A stretch of DNA of 64,000 nt from Octopus vulgaris (Eukaryota). Position 1 is the stretch's first letter. Every line of letters begins with the position of its first letter. This document shows, in pieces, positions 52,770 through 64,000 of the stretch. The notes beneath the pieces were generated by a model. It made no database searches. It saw nothing but the letters and a program-made list of their open reading frames with translations, and was not told the DNA's origin. The translations under genes were made by a program, and so were the position numbers. The stretch lies in the NCBI GenBank assembly GCA_951406725.2, contig OX597831.1, forward strand, positions 59,582,001 to 59,646,000, in the 5' to 3' direction.

Positions 52770-52970
52770 TATGAGACACAGCCTAGTGCTTTTTTTATGT
52801 TAATAAGCATAGTACTTATTCTATTTGTTCTTGTGAAACCAGTAAGTTATGTGGATGTAAATAAATGAACAGCAGTTGTGAAACAGTGATGAGGGCGAAA
52901 CACACACATACACTTACATATATACATATATATACGATTGATTTGTTTCAGTTCCTGTCTACCAAATCCA
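52770..52970 (-). mobile_element. Decayed SINE family A fragment abutting the RTE 3' tail
   Basis: TAGTACTTATTCTAT...TAAGTTATG.GGATGTAAA...TTTCAGTTCCTGTCTACCAAATCCA. Confidence 0.7.
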
Positions 52971-52976
52971 TATATA

Positions 52977-54240
52977 TTGTTGTTGGCATCCATTTTGTCT
53001 CGGGAGACAATGGAGTTGCGCATAAAATAATCTAGTCCGGCTTTTACATTGCATGTCCTAATACATCTGCTGTGGCTGTGTAGTCCTATCCTGGACAAAC
53101 ACTCCCTCTGGCAGGTGCCGCAAATGTAGCGAAAACTTTGCCTGGCTGGTTGTAACGTCATAGTTTCTTGTTGACGTCTTTTCTTGTCTTTCCATTTCTC
53201 CTCTCCCTCTATGTCACTCCTTTGTGTTCCCTCTTTTACGTTACGTCGCCAATCACCACAGTTGCTGGCAATTGCTTCCCAGTTGCCAATACTGATGTTG
53301 CAGGCATTTATGTCCCTTTTGCAAACATCCTTGTATCGTAAGAACGGTCTTCCCACAGACCTAGTGCCCCTAGCAAGCTCTCCGTTGAGTATGTCCTTGG
53401 GTATTCTGCCATCTTCTATACGGCTAACATGTCCAAGCTATCTCATACGTCTTTGTGTGAGGAGTGTAAACTTGCTTGGTATTCCTGCTTGCTTGAGGAC
53501 ATCTTTGTTGGGGACATGATACTGCCGTTTGATGCGAAGGATTTTCCGGAGCCAGTGCAGGTGAAAGATATTTAGGCGACGTATGGCGTCGTATGGCGTG
53601 TGTATGGCGTCCACGTCTCACTGCCATACAGTAGAGTGCTAAGTACATATGCCTGGTAAATCTTCGTTTTTGTGGTCTTGATCAGCCTATTGTTGTCCCA
53701 TGCCCGTTTGGAGAGTTGGGCCATCACAGCAGCTGCCTTGCCAATGCGTATATTGAGCTCTGTATGAAGGGATAGGTTGTAGGTGACGGTAGAGCCAAGA
53801 TAGGTAAACTTCTCCACCTTCTGTAGTCTGTGGTCTCCAATATGTATGTTTGGGATGGTCGATGTAGCCTGACCCATGATGATGGTCTTTTTGAGGCTGA
53901 TAAATAAGCCAAAGTTGTCACATGCTTGCTCAAAACAGTTGATGTGCCTCTGTAGGGTTTCTTCTGTGTGTGATACCAGAGCGGCATCATTAGCAAATAG
54001 CATCTCCTTTATCAGGACGCTTCTGATTTTTGTCTTGGCATGCAGACGTGAGAGATTGAACAGTTTCCCATCACTTCTACTGTGCAGAAACACTCCATCA
54101 TCTGATGTCACAAAGGCATGTGACAGCAGCAGCGAGAAGAAGATTCCAAATAATGTAGGAGCAAGGACACAACCTTGCTTTGCCCTATTTTTTATTTGGA
54201 AGGCGTCTGATGTCGAACCACTGTGCTGTGAATGTCTGCA
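52977..54240 (-). mobile_element. 5'-truncated RTE-clade (BovB-like) LINE, RT pseudogene
   Basis: KQGCVLAPTLFGIF; GKLFNLSRL..KTK; EMLFANDAAL (LFADD); FGLFISLKKT; FTYLGS; VLSTLLYGSETW; GRP.LRYKD.CKRD; C-terminal C..C.R.C.SRIGL.SH; (AAC)n tail. Confidence 0.93.
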
Positions 54241-54244
54241 TTAC

Positions 54245-54462
54245 AATAGAGAGATGTTTTTGTTTCACTTTTAACACGTAATACTGAAATAGTGGAGAAG
54301 ATATGATATTGCTCTAGGGTCGCCCTAAGGAAAAAGTCAAAATTTTTTTGCCGATGACACTCCCCGGACATGTGTAAAATTTGAATGAAATTCGTTGTGT
54401 AGTTCTCAAGTTTTAGGGAAACACACAGATACACAGACAGACAGACACACATTCTCAGTTAT
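54245..54462 (+). mobile_element. Possible terminus of a non-autonomous Helitron-like element
   Basis: AAAATTTGAATGAAATTCG..GT.GTAGTT...ACAGACAGACAGAC...TTCTCAGTTATATAT resembles Lep1/HINE-type ends. Confidence 0.4.
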
Positions 54463-56317
54463 ATATATATATATATATAAAGTATGATAATAATAAAGGA
54501 TAAAACCTTTAAGGACTTTATTAGTGGCCAGCATATAATACATACCAATTCGGTGAAACTAAAGCATGTATATGTATAAAGTATATTCTTGTTGCAATCA
54601 CAATATTTCAATAATGATTCTTCAAATTGATATATTAGTAATTCACATGTAATATCATCAATTAGGATGTCGCAAATAATTTGAAATGAAATGCTCCTGT
54701 ACTGTCAGACTTTTTCTGCTGTTTGAGCAGATGAAATACATTTGTATGAAGTATGTTCTGAAGCAGTTGATTTTGACTATTTCAGTTTGGCGTCAGCTGT
54801 AGCTTTCTAATAAATTATTCTGTTTTCTTTCGTAGCTGATCGTTTTCTTCCTTCATTTTGTAACAAGGGCTAAAATTTGAATTTTTCCATTTACACAAAA
54901 ATGATGGATGAATGTTTGGTTTATGGCTTCTGTACAATAACGTCATGCATTCACAAATGATAATCAGTCGAAGACAACCACCGATTGTTAAATGATTCAT
55001 ACGAAGGGCGAATGTTCCACCAGAAGACGTAATAATGCTGGTAACAAAACATGAATACATTCCTTCTGGGAAGTGTGAATGTATTGAATATTGCGGGACC
55101 AAAATACTCATGAAACGGAAATATTTTATGCTTAAGGATTTGCCACAGAAGTAGTAATAGCAATGCAAACTATCACATGTACAGCATTATATTCCAACAA
55201 TAAAATGATAATTATACCAATGCAAAAGGAGTCAAAATTATTCTATCGGGTTAATGTACATAGGTAATAAATCAACCACACATGTCTCAAATATGTACTT
55301 TCTAGTGAATAGGCGGACTATAAAAAAATATCATAAACTCAGAATCGTTTTTACGCTAAAGGAATAAATATCAAAACAAACAACCATGAACGGTAAAAGA
55401 AGGTTTTAAAAGACTTTTAAATATAAAAATATACTCAACACCGGTACTAAACGTACCTATTTCTTCAGAGCTAGCATTAACTCAATGATATGTATAAAAC
55501 ATGGGGATTAGTATACTTTCTGCAATAAATCTCACCAATACTACGGGCATAACTTCTGATGTAGCCTGTGCAACTCTTCTTTTACTCATATTTTATTTAC
55601 CTGTTTCGGAATCTGCTCTTCGTAAATATTATGGACTGTATATTTAATATCATGCACATATCTGAATAGCTCAAAAGCGGATTCCTTCACTCAACCCTGG
55701 TCTAAGTCTTGACATACACTGCAAGAATATCATTCGGTCAGTACTTATGTACCAAGTTTGATATTTACATAACATTATTGTGTGAGTGCATATATATATA
55801 AATATATACATATTCATTTATGTGCAGTACGGAGAGATACAGGAGGGCGGAGCAGTAGTAGGATAGTGAGAAAGGGTGCTATGCTAAAAGAAGTAGAGCT
55901 GATCCGGAAGAAACGAATAAAAACTCCGAAGGAGGAGATGATACTTGGGGTTTAGCGGTTGATCAATGGGGAAAACAAGAGCTAAGGGTGAAAGATGGTA
56001 GACTTGAGCTCTGAAGAGAAAACCGTGGAGAACTAACGCAAGAAAAATTGTAAAGTTTAACGTTGAAGAAAGAAAAACGAAAAGAGAAAGATATATACAA
56101 AAATTAAATGAAATTTAAATAGAAAGGTGACAACAAACTGAAGTATCAATATAAATATATTATATGAACAGTAAGAGGGTCTTTGGAAATCCTAACTTTC
56201 GAAAATAGAAAAATTTTGAAAAAGACCAGAAAGTTATTTGCTCTCGAATATTCGAAATTTACAGTTTCAGATGTTTCAATAGTTTACAACGTTGAAATAA
56301 ATAGATTAGTAGTTTTA

Positions 56318-56404
<87 letters not shown>

Positions 56405-56435
56405 CATATATACACATATATATATATATATATAT

Positions 56436-56493
<58 letters not shown>

Positions 56494-56516
56494 TCTAATA
56501 TATATATATATAGGTC

Positions 56517-56588
<72 letters not shown>

Positions 56589-56701
56589 CAAAGGTTACAT
56601 ATATAATAAGAGTAAGGAAACCCAGAAGATTGATAAATTCTGGAGAAAGAGCGACCATGATAATTTTGTTTAGTCACTAATAATTGTATAATTACAAATC
56701 G

Positions 56702-57289
56702 TAATAATAATATATACTCCAATTAAAGCGACATTATCTAAACAATTGATTAAAAATGATGACCTAACTGAGGCCCTACATACCAACGAATACATGGCTC
56801 CTTGCGCATCCGATTGAGCTAGATGTTCACACATATATTTCACTTAAATTTTATGAATATATACTTATCTATTTAGTAGTACATATAATATTGTAAACAA
56901 GCCCAAAGGCTTGTTTACAATATTATATGTACTACTAAATGTTATGTATAGACACTTAACTGTGAAGTATCTATTAGATATTTGACTGTATCTCGGGTGT
57001 TTTACCCATCCTAGATAAACAGATTATTATATAGAAATTTTTTGCATTTAAAATCTTTCGGAGTCACTCTTTCTCCGTAACTTCTCAAGCCTCCGGGCTT
57101 GTTTACAATATCATTTGTACTACAAAATAGATAAAATTTGACTGAAATTTATCGCTGAACGGATGGCTCAATCGGATGCCCAACGAGCCGTGTTAGCGTT
57201 GTGGGTTCGATTCTAGCATGACTTAGCTCACCATTTTCAGTCAATTCTTTAGGCAATACCGCTCTAATCGGAGTACATCTATTATTATG
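56702..57289. mobile_element. Second tRNA-headed fold-back element: ~200-bp inverted arms (56702-56904 / 57095-57289) plus a perfect 33-bp hairpin (56871-56940)
   Basis: Right arm A box TGGCTCAATCGG (57164-57175) and B box GGTTCGATTCT (57204-57214); left arm keeps an inverted A box at 56810-56821; perfect stem with a CAAA loop. Confidence 0.8.
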
Positions 57290-57741
57290 ATATATTATCA
57301 TACTAGCTGCTCCCGTTCCGTAAAAAATGACAGCTAATTATACTATATATTACTGAAAGAATGCGGGTTCATATGTGCAAGCATTCGCAAACTTCCCTTG
57401 TACACACACACACACATACGCACATATACACAAAGAGAGATCAAACTATATTTGATTTTCGTTTCCAGCGTTGACTGTTCACCATCTCACTTCCAATGCA
57501 CACACAAACACATACACACACACACACGCAGACACACACAAATATTCACATAACTCCTTTTTACATACACACCCATATACTCGCACATACTTTAAACGTT
57601 AAGTTTTTCACCGTAGAATTTCCATCATCCCATTACCATTGAACCGTTAACCCTTTCTTCCTTATTCCTCTTTCCTTTTTCATTTGAATGTTGTGACAGA
57701 GAAAAATACAAAATTATTATTATAGTAATTTGTATATATAC

Positions 57742-57801
<60 letters not shown>

Positions 57802-58782
57802 ATGTATGTATGTAGCAAGGAAAAATAACAGATGATAGATAAGTGTCAGTTCATTAAATCTGTTTCTTAGGCATTTTTTTTTATTTGATGAGTGAGTTCG
57901 TTTCATCGTAGTGCAAAAATCGTATTCATCTGATGTTCCATAAAATTTCAAAGCAATTGAAAGACAATCCATTCGTTCAGTGGCAACATGGAAATTCGCC
58001 AGCCGAAGCCAGCTTTGAATGGAAGAAAGCAGACCCATTAAATATGTGGAAGTTTATTAGGAATTTAGGTAGTGAGTGGGGATGAGGTGCGATTTATAAA
58101 CACCCTTGCTAGTTGCCGGTCTGGATATAGGTTGGAGACAAATAAGTGGCTCGTTATCAACGGCTGAAAATAAACTGTAGGTAATTATATATATTTAGTT
58201 ACGTGTTTTACTATTATTACCCTGTGATTGAAGGGATGAATTTAGGGTAATCTCGGTGATGCTGGTTATGGAGGAGTGAGTTTGAATTGAACTTCGATGG
58301 TTAGGTCTAATAATTATGGTATGGTAGTAACTTGCCCGAATGTTATTTCCCTGGTAAAGGAACATAATAAACTAGGAGGTTAAATAAAAATAGAAATAAA
58401 GTATAGATGGTATACAAATATGCTTGTGAGAGGAAGAAGTATGTACCTGAAATAGAATTGTTCTTATTAAAATTATAAGTAGTGTGTACGGAAACACGAA
58501 TATTGTTATTAGTATACTATCCTTCATTTATATTATAGAGATTCGATAATAGAAAATAGGAAAGGTATATTTCATAATATCAGAAGAAAGAGAGAGTACC
58601 TGATCAGATATCGTAGTAAGCTACAGGGTATCCAGTTATTTATTATTTAATATGTTAGTTTGTTTTCATTGATTGTCGTGGTTATTATTTGTTAATTTAA
58701 ATGTATACATAACTATTATATAGGTGAAATGTGGTTTTATAACACAAACTCAGTAGTCGTAGGCAACTTGGTTCAAAAGATA

Positions 58783-58801
58783 TTATTATTATTATTAATA
58801 T

Positions 58802-58834
<33 letters not shown>

Positions 58835-58922
58835 CACTACTGTTACTGCTACTACTACTACTACAACCACCACCACCACTACTACTGCTACTACTACTAC
58901 TACTACTACTAGTAGTAGTAGT
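58783..58922. repeat. (ATT)/(ACT)/(ACC)n microsatellite
   Basis: Direct reading. Confidence 0.95.
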
Positions 58923-59317
58923 AAAATTGTGTGAAGTTGTATACAGCAAATGTGTTTTTCGTTTAGTAAAAGTGTTTCCTCTGAGTTAAATTGCGTTAAA
59001 TTCATATGTTGATCTTTTGGCAGACATTTTATGCTTATGTTCAGAAAATATAATGCTTCAGCAAAAGATACTTTTTGTTAACTATTGAAACGAAATACTT
59101 TTTCACACTCGATTTAAAAAGATGACACATTTTAACAGAGAACAATGATGAATAAACTTTGCCAATGCGGTGTTATTTCGAGACTAACTAAAGGTAAGGA
59201 AGATATGAAGATATCGATATATACGAACTCATATATACATCTAACATATACATAGATACATATATACGTGCATGTATTTATATGTGTAAATATAGACATA
59301 TGTATGTGTGAATATAA

Positions 59318-59358
<41 letters not shown>

Positions 59359-59869
59359 GCGAAGTGAAAAAAGTAGGGGAAGTGAGCAGGAAGAAAAGGC
59401 AGGGAAATGTGGGAGAGGGGAAACGAAAGAATGGGGAGTGGAATGAACGAATAAGCGTGAAAGAGCTGATTGAAAGAAAGAATAGAATCGTACAAGATTT
59501 AGATAAATATATACTTACATATAAGATACGAAAGTATACGTACGCCGCTATATACTTCACGGTGTCCGTTTCATTTATTATCGCCCCTCCTTAATTCTTC
59601 TGTCCCTCTGCCTCTACATCTCTCTCTTCTCTCCCCATATGAGCTGTGTTCTGCCAAGCTTGATCTTTCTTTCTTGGTTCGGCTGTCGTCCGTGCAACAT
59701 CTATATACCTTCCTGTGCCTTTGAAAACTTGTATCCCTGCTGTAAAACTTTATTTCTACACACGCCAGTTTAATTTAAATCATCCGTATATCGAAAGGCA
59801 CATGTTGTTTTGTCCTGTTATTAGTATTTGTGTAACATTCTCCGTTTTTTCCGTCGTTGGTTTCGTATA

Positions 59870-60085
59870 CATTCGGTGCTTTCTTCCAAGTGATCTAATG
59901 CTCTTAACTTAATATTCCCTTGGAGCTTGCAAGATTGGAGCAATCTCGAGTATAACCAGTCGAAATTGCAAAGATGGTCTGGAACTTCACTGAGGAAAGT
60001 AAACTCCGAATGACCCGTCTGTTTTCTTTGTACCGTCTATCTGGATGTTTTGTTGTCCTGTTTTGTATCACCTAACTGTCTGTAT
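59870..60085 (+). mobile_element. Dispersed non-autonomous repeat, homologue of 13540-13790
   Basis: About 200-bp colinear match to the reverse complement of 13540-13790. Confidence 0.75.
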
Positions 60086-60168
60086 TTTATATGTATATAC
60101 ACACACACACATACACGCACACACACACACACACACTCACACACACACACACACACTCACACACACAT

Positions 60169-60272
<104 letters not shown>

Positions 60273-60599
60273 GTGCATTAGTTGAAACAATCATTATCAT
60301 TGAAATGAATAATCTTGAATTTTTTCTTCTAATTAATTCAAGAAGAAACGAAAGCTAAAGAAATGTAATTTATATATTCTGCTCAACATAAACCAGCCTT
60401 GAACGAGACTCCCTTTAAGTACTGTTGGATTAAGTTCCTTAAAATATTTAGCATAACATATATCTCTGAATACATAATGTGCGTTATATTTGGCTGAGAT
60501 TATAGAAGTGTACTGTAATGCATAATATTAATTATTTTCTTATAGGAAAAAAGTCAAATTATGCTGTAATATAGGTCGAATCGAGGGAATACACACGAG

Positions 60600-60780
60600 G
60601 AAAATACCAACGTTGTGTCTCTGGATGTTCCGTAGGAAAATAATGAGTGAACTTGTAAAAGTTTTACTTGGAAAAATGAACCAGTTGCTTATGTTTAACA
60701 ATGAACTGACTCCACTAAATGATAGATATTGGCAGAAACTAGAGTCAGTGAAAATTTTAACGAGATAAGAATTTTGGAGA
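60600..60780 (+). pseudogene. Possible highly decayed Penelope-like reverse transcriptase fragment
   Basis: NVVSLDV (compare LVSFDV) followed by ELVKVLL and FNNE, the motif order of PLE RTs; lies upstream of two hammerhead motifs. Confidence 0.25.
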
Positions 60781-61273
60781 TTTGTGATCACGAAAGATTT
60801 CTAAATGCTTTGCAACTCTAGTTAGTACACTTGTCGAATTACCTAATAATCAAAATGCTCGGAGAACGATATCGTAATCTCTTACTTTTCAACAAGAATG
60901 CGGAATCGATTCAAACTGTAAATCCGCAGTTATTAAACAATTAAAAGTTTTCGTACATTAATCCCTTTATATAATAGAAATTTGAGGAGAAAGAGTATCA
61001 CAAACACTTATTCATTCATGTTAGTTACGACTGTTTCTTGAATATCACATTCTGCCTCAAACAACATGTTCTATGCATATTCAGTTTATTGCCTGTGCAA
61101 GTACTTACACAGATAGACTCGACACTACAAATGCATGTTCCTTTATCTCTTTTTTCCTCCTTCTCGAACTTTTTATGCGAATATCCGACCGAATTTTTCC
61201 GACTCAGACTCTCTATAATTTCATTGTAATATTCCTTTCTTAATGCCTTTTTTGATGTTTTCTTAATTTTTTT

Positions 61274-61403
61274 TCACTGAGGAAAATGGTAATATTTAAT
61301 TAAATTATTTTAATTCAATTTAATTATTTTATTATTAATATAGTTAATTTAATTTTCCTATGTTTCTTAAAAGTTGGTACTATCATTCGAAACGATCGTA
61401 TGG
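61274..61403 (+). ncRNA. Type I hammerhead ribozyme with intact core and a large AT-rich loop 2
   Basis: TCA-CTGAGGA-A AATGGTA [~90 nt] TATCATT C-GAAA-CGATCG-TA-TGG: palindromic ACGATCGT helix III, GUA cleavage triplet, stem I TCA/TGG. Confidence 0.7.
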
Positions 61404-61636
61404 CCTAACTTTGTAAAAACCTTTAACGCCTTTACGCCAATTTTTAAATATTATTTGATTTTATATAGGATAATATACTATGAATACTCATACCACATCT
61501 TTTACTTGTCATATTTTCATATTATATTTCAAATACTTGCTTTAGCAAGCAACTACTTTGATATGAAGAATATTTATTAGAAATCTAACTTTTGAACCCC
61601 TCAAACATTTCAAAATGTTCTACTTGAACTAAACCT

Positions 61637-61650
61637 TTCTCTCTCTCTCT

Positions 61651-61701
<51 letters not shown>
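61637..61701. repeat. (CT)n microsatellite
   Basis: Direct reading. Confidence 0.95.
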
Positions 61702-61725
61702 AATTTCCATATTTTCCTAAATTTT

Positions 61726-61779
61726 TCTCTGACGACGGAATGTCCCATGCCCAAGGTAATCCAAGAAACAGCAGTAAGA
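61726..61779 (+). ncRNA. Type I hammerhead motif (decayed helix II)
   Basis: TCT-CTGACGA-CGGA...TCCAA-GAAA-CAGCAG-TA-AGA: helix III is one substitution from the palindrome ACAGCTGT; stem I TCT/AGA; GUA triplet. Confidence 0.6.
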
Positions 61780-61956
61780 TTTTGAATTTCTTCCTGTAAT
61801 GAGACTGTGTATGGCTCGAGATATTTGCCTTGCTTTAATGTTTGACGTCCTGCTTAATAATATATATATGCATATATAAATCCTTAAAATCCTTTAAAAT
61901 GTTTTAGCCCGAAAGCCGCGGCCATGCTGGGGTACCACCGCTGTATATGTATGTAT

Positions 61957-62033
<77 letters not shown>

Positions 62034-63529
62034 AATATATATATGCATACACACACATATATATATATTCATATATATAATCTTAGTTATTCTAATTCAA
62101 ATACTTTATTTCCTGTAATATGTCTAACAAGACTTTGGGATTTCAGTTATAGTTTATTTCATTATTTCATGTATAGCTAAAAGGAAGCCATACATGCACA
62201 GGCGCATATATAAGAATAACATGCATATACTAACAATTATGAATGTATGACATTAATCATTTCGGCCTGATTCCATGTATGCAATTGTTTGTTTGCATGT
62301 ATATGTGCATGTTTTAATGTATATATATATATATATATATATATATGTGGGGGGGGGTGTACATGTATGTGCGTGTGTTTAACTGTATAACTGTGCGTGC
62401 ATGCATATGTATATTATTTATTCATATATATATATTCGGACTGAGCGTTTACAAAATAGATATAACGTTCTACATACATCACATGCGTTCGTAAACAGGA
62501 AATACCAGATATAAACATACTGAAACACAAATCATTTTGACACATTGGCCATTTTGAAGTGATGTTATGCAGTCTCAAATCAGTAGTTCGTTTATAGTTG
62601 CAATAATGGATTTGTACAAGTAATTATTTTTTACTGTTAACTTTCACTATATTGTAGCCTATAACTTTTCCCCATTATCAGTTGATGTAATTCATTAATT
62701 GCATAAGCTACATTATGCCATTATCTCTCAATTTATATACTAACATATCCCGAAGGACGTTTCTAGACATCACATTCTCTATCACATAATGCGTACATAC
62801 ATACACATATACACACATAGGTATGCATGCATGTATTTCTATGTATGTGTTCACGTGTAGTTGCATATGTAGAAACATTGTGTACATAGACATGGGAATA
62901 TATATGCATACATATTCAAAAATTAGTGTACATAAATGTATTCTAATCAGTTGATTGAGTGTTTGACAATGACAAAAAAAGTATGACGCTTTGTGTATCA
63001 TGAAAACATTTAGATCAGTTAATAATGATAAGGAGGTAAAAATTAGTTTACACAAATATATCCAAATCATTTAATAGAGTCTTCGACAAGAAGATAAAAC
63101 TCATTTAGATTGTCAATCAGTGGGTGTCAAACTTTTAGTTTCAATGTGATCAGAAACCATGGCTGTTTGCAGCATCTTAAATTTTTAAAAATGTGTGCCA
63201 AAAAATAAGTCAATTTATAGTTTTCGAAATGGTGGCTCAAAATTGCCTTATTTAAAAAAAAAAACAAGTTGGTGAGTTGACGGCAGTTATTTGATCAAAA
63301 GATGGTTCTGTTTTTATTTAAAAAAAGGTGGCTTAGAACTGTTTTCTCTTTAAAAAACAGTATGGGTGGCTGATGACAGTCACATGATCAAAAAGAAGTT
63401 CACGATAGTTCTGCTGTTGAATATTTGTTGAGGAGCCGAGAAAGGCTTGGTTGTTGAGCTGGTCCAGTTGTTTTGTCTTGTGTCTTGGGGTTTATATATA
63501 TATGATTAATGAGTAAATAATAGTGTGCA

Positions 63530-64000
63530 CTTGTGTGTAAGTGTATTTGTCTGAGAAGTGCAAATAGCGAGTATACGTTTGTGTGTATACATGTGTGTAA
63601 CGATGTGCGTCTATGGGCGTGTTCTATCTGTGTGTCTGTGTGTGTGTTTCGTGTCTACGTATGTGTGTGTCTACGTATGTGTTCGTGTCTGCACGCGTGT
63701 CTATGCGTTTGTCAAAGCGATGTGTGTGTGCATATGTATATATTTATTAGGGTACTCTGTGTGTATATGTGTATGCAGCGGTTTGTGTATGTGTGTTACG
63801 TTTGACGGGGTGGGGTATCTGTGCGTATGCGTGATGCGTATATGTATGTGCATGTGTATACGTGTGTTGCGTTTTCTAAGGCGTATGTGTACGTCTGTGT
63901 GTGTACGCTTCTGTGTGCGACTGTATGTATGTGTTGCATGTGCGTGCAGGTAGGCATGTGAGTGTGAGTCTGTGTACGTGCGTGTGTCTGTATGTGTGTA
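63530..64000. repeat. Degenerate (GT)-rich low-complexity tract
   Basis: Direct reading; source of the C/V-rich ORFs. Confidence 0.9.

Noticed and set aside
54995-55153. C2H2 zinc-finger-like peptide KHEYIPSGKCECIEYCG
   Set aside because: Cys/His spacing is wrong and there is no finger repetition.
63118-63140. hAT-like terminus CAGTGGGTGTCAAACT
   Set aside because: No partner TIR or 8-bp TSD found within the window.

Overview
AT-rich eukaryotic repeat-dense DNA (intergenic or intronic). The microsatellite load and SINE families resemble an octopod cephalopod; this is inference from repeat recognition only. No intact host protein-coding gene is supported, and nearly all long ORFs in the track are translated microsatellites. 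Mobile elements: a near full-length but frameshifted R4/Dong-type non-LTR retrotransposon (31982-37462, -) inserted in a (TAA)n tract; an older R4/Dong fragment (8270-10060, +); a 5'-truncated RTE-clade LINE (52977-54240, -); three decayed mariner transposons; three tRNA-derived SINE families; and a possible Helitron-like remnant. There is also a near-identical 1.2-kb tandem duplication. The most interesting signal is non-coding. Several non-autonomous fold-back (head-to-head inverted) elements carry Penelope-type minimal hammerhead ribozyme motifs with palindromic helix III. One of them pairs an inverted tRNA-like Pol III head with an outward-facing hammerhead on each arm and was later split by the R4/Dong insertion. 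That R4/Dong element has a candidate HDV-like ribozyme at its 5' end. All structures were folded by eye and need computational and biochemical confirmation.
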